From Deltaproteobacteria bacterium (lineage in GTDB: Bacteria; Myxococcota; B64-G9): DNA of 64,000 bases. The stretch lies in assembly GCA_019307065.1 (NCBI GenBank), contig JAFDKH010000020.1, forward strand, positions 43,097 through 107,096, read 5' to 3'. Positions 59,068-64,000 of the stretch are shown here, one piece after another. Within the stretch, counting starts at the first letter, position 1; every line of letters starts with the position of its first letter. Below the pieces are notes generated by a model. That model worked only from the letters and a program-made list of their open reading frames with translations, was not told where the DNA came from and did no database searches. The position numbers and the translations under genes were made by a program.

Positions 59068-59541
59068 ATGAGTGAAACAGATATCGCTAAAGTCTTGAAG
59101 AAGATCCCTTACCCGGTCTCGGTAGTTACCGTGGGAACAGGTGGTGCGGAAAACGGGCTGACTATTTCCTGGCTGAGCCAGGTCTCGTTCGATCCGCCCT
59201 TGATAATGTTCGCGATCGACAAAAACCATTACAGCAATCTTCCACTGGGCTCACAGAGCTTCGTGGTGAACTTGCTAAAGGATGACCAGAGTCACATTGC
59301 CGGTCATTTTGCCGGTCAGAGCATGGAGGGTGAAAACAAGATCGACAAGTTCCCTACCCGCGAAGCCGGTAGCGGCAGCCTGATTCTTACCGAAGCCCTG
59401 GCTTTTCTCGACTGCGAAGTTGAAAAAACCATCGAGGCGGGAGGCCACACGTTGGTTATCGGTAAGATCATCGATGCCGGGGTGCTCAACGACGGTCAAC
59501 CACTGACTAGCGCTTCCGGCATGCGTTATCAGAAGAGCTAG
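59068..59541 (+). CDS. Flavin reductase-like protein
   Basis: SWLSQVSFDPP, FVVNLL, LDCEV..GGHTLVIG. Confidence 0.88.
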   Translation: MSETDIAKVLKKIPYPVSVVTVGTGGAENGLTISWLSQVSFDPPLIMFAIDKNHYSNLPLGSQSFVVNLLKDDQSHIAGHFAGQSMEGENKIDKFPTREAGSGSLILTEALAFLDCEVEKTIEAGGHTLVIGKIIDAGVLNDGQPLTSASGMRYQKS

Positions 59542-59552
59542 CGGAGGAAGAT

Positions 59553-60737
59553 GTGAACCCTAGAAAAATAACGGACAAGATTCACTGGTTGGGGGCAATT
59601 GATTGGGACCGCCGATTGTTCGATTCATTGATCCCGCTGCCCGACGGCACGAGTTACAACGCTTACTTGATAGAGGGCGAGGACAAGACAGTCCTGATCG
59701 ATAGCGTTGATCCCGCGATGAAACACATCTTGCTTACTCAACTCGAGAAAGTCTCCAAGATCGACTACGTCATCTCGCAGCATGCCGAGCAAGACCATTC
59801 CGGGACGATCCCGGCCGTCTTGGAGAAGTACCCCCAGGCGCAGGTCATTGTTTCCGACAAAGCTAAAAACATGCTCCTAGACCTGCTGACTATCTCTGAG
59901 GATTGCCTCAAGGTAGTCAAGGACGGTGAAACTCTCTCTCTGGGCGGCAAGACCCTGGAATTCATCTACACTCCCTGGGTGCACTGGCCCGAGACCATGA
60001 CGACCTATCTTAGAGAGGACAAGATTCTCTTCAGCTGCGATTTCTTCGGTTCCCACATCGCAACCAGCGATCTGTTCGTTCGCGACGAAGGTCGCGTGTT
60101 TGAAGCTGCCAAGCGCTACTTCGCCGAGATCATGCTGCCCTTCCGCAAGATTATCGCCAAGAACCTCGAGAAACTCTCAGCCTACGAGATCTCGATGATC
60201 GCCCCGAGCCACGGCCAGATCTACGACCGGCCGGCATTCATCCTGGATGCCTACCGCGACTGGGTTCTCGGTGAACCCAAGAACCTGGTAGTCCTGCCGT
60301 ATGTGTCAATGCACGCAAGTACCAAAAAGATGGTCGACTACCTGACAAATGCCTTGATCGAGTTGGGGGTCGCTGTCGAACTGTACGACTTGACGGTGAC
60401 CGACATCGGCAAATTGGCAATCAGCCTGATTGACGCCGGCACGCTTGTAATCGGCACCCCGACGGTCTTGGCCGGCCCGCACCCGGCTGCCGCCTATGCA
60501 GCCTTTTTAGCCAACGCGCTGCGGCCCAAGGCCAAGTTTCTTTCGATCATCGGCTCATATGGCTGGGGCGGCAAGACTGTCGAGACCCTGGCCGGTATGA
60601 TCCCCAATCTCAAGGTCGAAGTGCTCGAGCCTGTCTTGTGCAAAGGTGTACCAGGCAACGAAGCCCTGCAACGTCTCGACAGCCTGGCAAAAGCCATCGC
60701 GGCCAAGCACAAGGAAAACGACTTTCAAAATCGCTGA
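59553..60737 (+). CDS. fprA: Flavodiiron protein (FprA, O2/NO reductase)
   Basis: GTSYNAY, HAEQDH, VHWPE, SCDFFG, PSHG; flavodoxin domain GSYGWGG. Confidence 0.94.
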   Translation: MNPRKITDKIHWLGAIDWDRRLFDSLIPLPDGTSYNAYLIEGEDKTVLIDSVDPAMKHILLTQLEKVSKIDYVISQHAEQDHSGTIPAVLEKYPQAQVIVSDKAKNMLLDLLTISEDCLKVVKDGETLSLGGKTLEFIYTPWVHWPETMTTYLREDKILFSCDFFGSHIATSDLFVRDEGRVFEAAKRYFAEIMLPFRKIIAKNLEKLSAYEISMIAPSHGQIYDRPAFILDAYRDWVLGEPKNLVVLPYVSMHASTKKMVDYLTNALIELGVAVELYDLTVTDIGKLAISLIDAGTLVIGTPTVLAGPHPAAAYAAFLANALRPKAKFLSIIGSYGWGGKTVETLAGMIPNLKVEVLEPVLCKGVPGNEALQRLDSLAKAIAAKHKENDFQNR

Positions 60738-60776
60738 AGTTAGAGACGTTAAATAGTTCCCCCAAAAAAAAGCCGT

Positions 60777-62042
60777 TCAAAAGGCCGAAAAAGCGGCCGC
60801 CAGGCTCAGGACGGTTGCATCAGCATTTCTCTTGCCAATCAATTGAAGACCTACCGGCAAACCGTCGACTGATCCCATGGGAACCGATATCGCCGGTTGA
60901 CCGGTCAGATTGAACGGACAGGTGAAGACCAAATATGTGTGCGGGTTAGGCGAGCCAATCGGGCGAGCGGGGTGCGCGGTGGTCGGGCTGACGAGTAGAT
61001 CCACATCCCGGGCGGCCTGATCGATCTCGGCCGCCAGGGCTTTACCTGCCTCGATGGCTTTTTTGTATTTGCGTGGATCCATATCGAGGCCGCGCTGAAG
61101 ATCGGCCCGGATCTCCCGGCTGAAATCTTGGGGTCGCTTCTGCAACTGGATTTTATGGTACCCGGCAGCCTCGGGAGCGTAGATGTTCGCAAGCAGGCCA
61201 AGCCCCTTAGCAAGCCCGGGAATCTTGACCGGCTCGAGCTTACAATTCATTTTCTCCAACACTTGCAGGGCATCTGCGAAGATGTCGCTTACTGGCGGGT
61301 CAGGATCGAGGCCGAACCCGTCCAGCACTCCGATTTTCAGGCCGCTCGGGTTCTGACCAGCGGCAGTAAGGAAATCTTCACTCGGCTTTCCAACCATGAC
61401 TGAAAGCACTTTGGCTGCCTGCGCAACCGTTTGAGCCAGGGGACCGACATGATCAAGGCTGGTCGAAAGAGGAACTACACCTTTTAGCGAAACCAAACCT
61501 TGGCTGGGCTTGAACCCGACTACTCCGCACAGCGAGGCAGGTATCCGCACGGATCCTCCGGTGTCGGTTCCCAGCGCAAACGGCACGCAGCCGGTGGCCA
61601 CGGCAACCGCTGAACCACCACTCGAGCCACCCGGGTGATATCCGGCCCGATGCGGATTGACGACCGGGCCGAAATGCTGATTTTCAGAAGTGACTCCATC
61701 AGCCAACTCATGCATGTTGGTGCGACCGACAATGATGGCACCGGCTTGCTTCAGTTTTTGCACTACCTCGGCATCACGATCGGGTTTACGATCGAGGTAA
61801 GCGGCACAGCCGGCCGAACAGGGCAAACCCTGTTGATCGATATTGTCTTTGAGAGCTAGTGGCAACCCCTGCAATAGCCCCGGCTGTTGACCTGCTTGCG
61901 CAGCACTATCCGCCCTGTCAGCCTGCTCAAGGGCAGTCTCCCGATGTACCGCCACAAAGGCATTCAACGATTTATACTGCTCGATCATATCGAGCGTCTT
62001 GACGATTCTGTTGCTGACGGTATGTTCACCGATCTTAGCCAT
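60777..62042 (-). CDS. Amidase signature family protein
   Basis: LKDNI, GGSSGGS, GTDTGGSVRIPA. Confidence 0.92.
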   Translation of the reverse strand: MAKIGEHTVSNRIVKTLDMIEQYKSLNAFVAVHRETALEQADRADSAAQAGQQPGLLQGLPLALKDNIDQQGLPCSAGCAAYLDRKPDRDAEVVQKLKQAGAIIVGRTNMHELADGVTSENQHFGPVVNPHRAGYHPGGSSGGSAVAVATGCVPFALGTDTGGSVRIPASLCGVVGFKPSQGLVSLKGVVPLSTSLDHVGPLAQTVAQAAKVLSVMVGKPSEDFLTAAGQNPSGLKIGVLDGFGLDPDPPVSDIFADALQVLEKMNCKLEPVKIPGLAKGLGLLANIYAPEAAGYHKIQLQKRPQDFSREIRADLQRGLDMDPRKYKKAIEAGKALAAEIDQAARDVDLLVSPTTAHPARPIGSPNPHTYLVFTCPFNLTGQPAISVPMGSVDGLPVGLQLIGKRNADATVLSLAAAFSAF

Positions 62043-62135
62043 GCTGCGATTGTATCTCGACGAAATTACCGGGGCAATTGCTTTTTGTATTCAGGCTCGT
62101 ATACAATTCTGGCTCTTTGCCAAAGGAGGCCGAAA

Positions 62136-62993
62136 ATGAGTCTGCCCAAGCTCGAATACTGTCAGGCCCGCACTATCGAAGAAGCCCTCAATATGTGGGC
62201 AGAAAAGACTGCGGCCCGCTATATTGCCGGCGGGACCGATCTATTGCCTCAATTACGGGCTGGAAGTCGTGCTCCGCTGAGGGTTGTCGATCTCAAGTAT
62301 ATTGAGAACCTTGCAAAGATTCGTCAAGTTGAAGACGGCTCAGTGTCGATCGGGGCCGCAGCCTCGGTTGCCCAAGTCGCAGCCGATGCTTCAGTTCGTC
62401 AGCACTACCCTATCCTGGTCGACTGTTGCCTGTCCCTGGGATCTTATCCTTTGCGTAATCGGGCTACGGTTGTCGGCAATATTTGTAACGCTTCGCCTTG
62501 TGCAGACACCTCGGCCGCCCTGTTGGCCTTAGAAGCCGTCGTTGTGACGGCCGGCCCGAAAGCCAAGCGCCGGATCCCGATTGGTGATTTCTTCAAGGGC
62601 CCGGGCGAATCCTGCCTCCAGGCCGGAGAACTGGTTGTCGAAATTATCCTGCCCAAAGCAACGTCCGGAGGCCGCGGGCATTACGGACGAATCGCCCGGC
62701 GCAAGTCGGTCGATATTTCGACTGTGGCTGTTTTGGTAAGCGTGCTGCCAAAAGGCCAGCCGCGACACCGGCTGTCGCTCCTTTCAGTAGCTCCGACTCC
62801 CCTGCGGGTTTTTGAAGCCGAGGCAGTCCTGGATGAACGTGGCCCCGAAGGTGCATCTCAAGCTGCCGAGATTGCCCGGGCCAGCTGTACTCCAATCAAC
62901 GATGTACGCGGTTCAGCCGAATACCGGTGGGATATGGTAGGCGTACTGACCGAGCGGGGTGTTATGACTTTAGCTGAATCGATTGGCAGGTGA
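62136..62993 (+). CDS. Xanthine/CO dehydrogenase family FAD-binding subunit
   Basis: AGGTDL, RNRATVVGN..ASPCAD, DVRGSAEYR; AGGAGG before ATG 62136. Confidence 0.92.
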   Translation: MSLPKLEYCQARTIEEALNMWAEKTAARYIAGGTDLLPQLRAGSRAPLRVVDLKYIENLAKIRQVEDGSVSIGAAASVAQVAADASVRQHYPILVDCCLSLGSYPLRNRATVVGNICNASPCADTSAALLALEAVVVTAGPKAKRRIPIGDFFKGPGESCLQAGELVVEIILPKATSGGRGHYGRIARRKSVDISTVAVLVSVLPKGQPRHRLSLLSVAPTPLRVFEAEAVLDERGPEGASQAAEIARASCTPINDVRGSAEYRWDMVGVLTERGVMTLAESIGR

Positions 62994-62996
62994 GCA

Positions 62997-63479
62997 ATGC
63001 AAAAAACTATAACTGTTACGGTTAACGAAATCAAAGAAACCCACCGGGTTCAAAGCAATCAGACGTTGCTTAGTTTCTTGCGCGAAACTCTCGATCTGAC
63101 CGGCGCCAAGGAGGGCTGCAATGAGGGCGAGTGCGGCGCTTGTGTTGTTCTGCTCGACGGCAAGGCAATCAACAGCTGTATGACCCTGGCCGTTGAGGTA
63201 GACGGACACGAAGTCACCACAATCGAAGGCATTGGTAACCCAGACAGCCCACATCCACTTCAGCAAGCATTTCTTAAAAACCAGGCTATCCAATGCGGCT
63301 TTTGCACACCGGGGACAATCCTGACCGCCCTGTGCCTACTGGCCGAAAATCCCAACCCCACCGAACAAGATGTTCGTGAGGCTCTGGCCGGCAACTTGTG
63401 TCGCTGTACCGGCTATCGGCAAATCATCGATTCCGTCTTAGAGGCTGCCTCAATTTTACAAAAGGGGGTCGCCCGATGA
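62997..63479 (+). CDS. Xanthine/CO dehydrogenase family 2x[2Fe-2S] subunit
   Basis: GCNEGECGAC, QCGFCTPG, NLCRCTGY. Confidence 0.95.
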   Translation: MQKTITVTVNEIKETHRVQSNQTLLSFLRETLDLTGAKEGCNEGECGACVVLLDGKAINSCMTLAVEVDGHEVTTIEGIGNPDSPHPLQQAFLKNQAIQCGFCTPGTILTALCLLAENPNPTEQDVREALAGNLCRCTGYRQIIDSVLEAASILQKGVAR

Positions 63480-64000
63480 AAAATGACCGCTCAACCGAAC
63501 GACAGTTAGCAACCCGCGATGAATTTAAGGACAAGCAAACCGATCTTAAAGCCGTCGGCCATGATGTTCCCCGAGTTGAAGGCCTGCCGAAAGTCACCGG
63601 GGCAGCCAAATATACTGGTGATTACAAATTTCCGCGGATGCTTTATGCCAAAGTAGTCCGCTCGCCTCTGCCCCACGCCCGGGTGGCAAGTGTAAATCTC
63701 GAAAAGGCAGCTTGCGTACCCGGAGTACGGGCCGTGGCCAGTGGACGCGACTTCCCTTTTCATGTCGGAATTTATCTGAAAGACCAGACTGTTTTCGCGA
63801 CCGATCGTGTCCGTTACGTTGGTGATCCGGTTGCGGCGGTCGCGGCCGAGACGCCCGAGGCGGCTCAAGAGGCAGCCGAATTGGTCGAGATCGATTACGA
63901 ACCTCTCGATCCAATCTTCGATGCAACCCAGGGAGCCGAGCCTGGCGCTCCCCTGGTGCACCCCGACCTGGGAAACTACGAATGCGTGCCCTGGATAACT
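63476..64000 (+). CDS. Xanthine/CO dehydrogenase family molybdopterin subunit, runs off the window
   Basis: KVTGAAKYTGD, RSPLPHAR, VRYVGDPVAAVAAET. Confidence 0.92.
   Translation, partial: MKNDRSTERQLATRDEFKDKQTDLKAVGHDVPRVEGLPKVTGAAKYTGDYKFPRMLYAKVVRSPLPHARVASVNLEKAACVPGVRAVASGRDFPFHVGIYLKDQTVFATDRVRYVGDPVAAVAAETPEAAQEAAELVEIDYEPLDPIFDATQGAEPGAPLVHPDLGNYECVPWIT

Noticed and set aside
60777-62042. Calling the amidase gatA
   Set aside because: It is shorter than GatA and has no adjacent gatB or gatC.
1-64000. Genome-wide TAG recoding, suggested by the octaheme TAG
   Set aside because: Many genes (cysE, Rrf2, rbr, ccsA, the activator) end at TAG at their expected C-termini.
1-64000. CRISPR array, tRNA/rRNA genes, transposases or integrases
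   Set aside because: No regularly spaced repeats or recognisable motifs seen by eye; intergenic gaps are short.

Overview
Gene-dense 64 kb bacterial window. The gene content (sigma-54 activators, rubrerythrin/desulfoferrodoxin/rubredoxin, multiheme cytochromes, System II haem maturation, Sec usage) suggests an anaerobic delta-proteobacterial or myxococcal lineage; that taxonomy is inference. I found no rRNA, tRNA, CRISPR array or transposase. The window is dominated by redox biology: cysK/cysE; a Rieske-cytochrome b-octaheme (HAO-like) operon; an ArsR-headed octaheme/heptaheme/cytochrome b/YeeE/rhodanese sulfur operon; an ArsS radical SAM (probable selenoprotein) plus glycosyltransferase cluster; eight ferritin/rubrerythrin-superfamily genes; Dfx, rubredoxin, FprA and MutM. 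The strongest unexplained structure is a dispersed sigma-54 regulon. Seven -24/-12 promoters between 22.8 and 56.6 kb each have TGTCTCA/TGAGACA boxes about 60-140 bp upstream. The same boxes overlap the sigma-70-like promoter of an unusual ArsC(LMW-PTP)-PAS(Cys-rich)-AAA+-HTH activator gene, the likely cognate regulator linking arsenic chemistry to oxidative-stress defence. Other oddities are an in-frame TAG in the octaheme gene, a UGA-Sec candidate, a vWA gene flanked by a 39-bp direct repeat, an archaeal-type asparagine synthetase and a pseudo-caspase.
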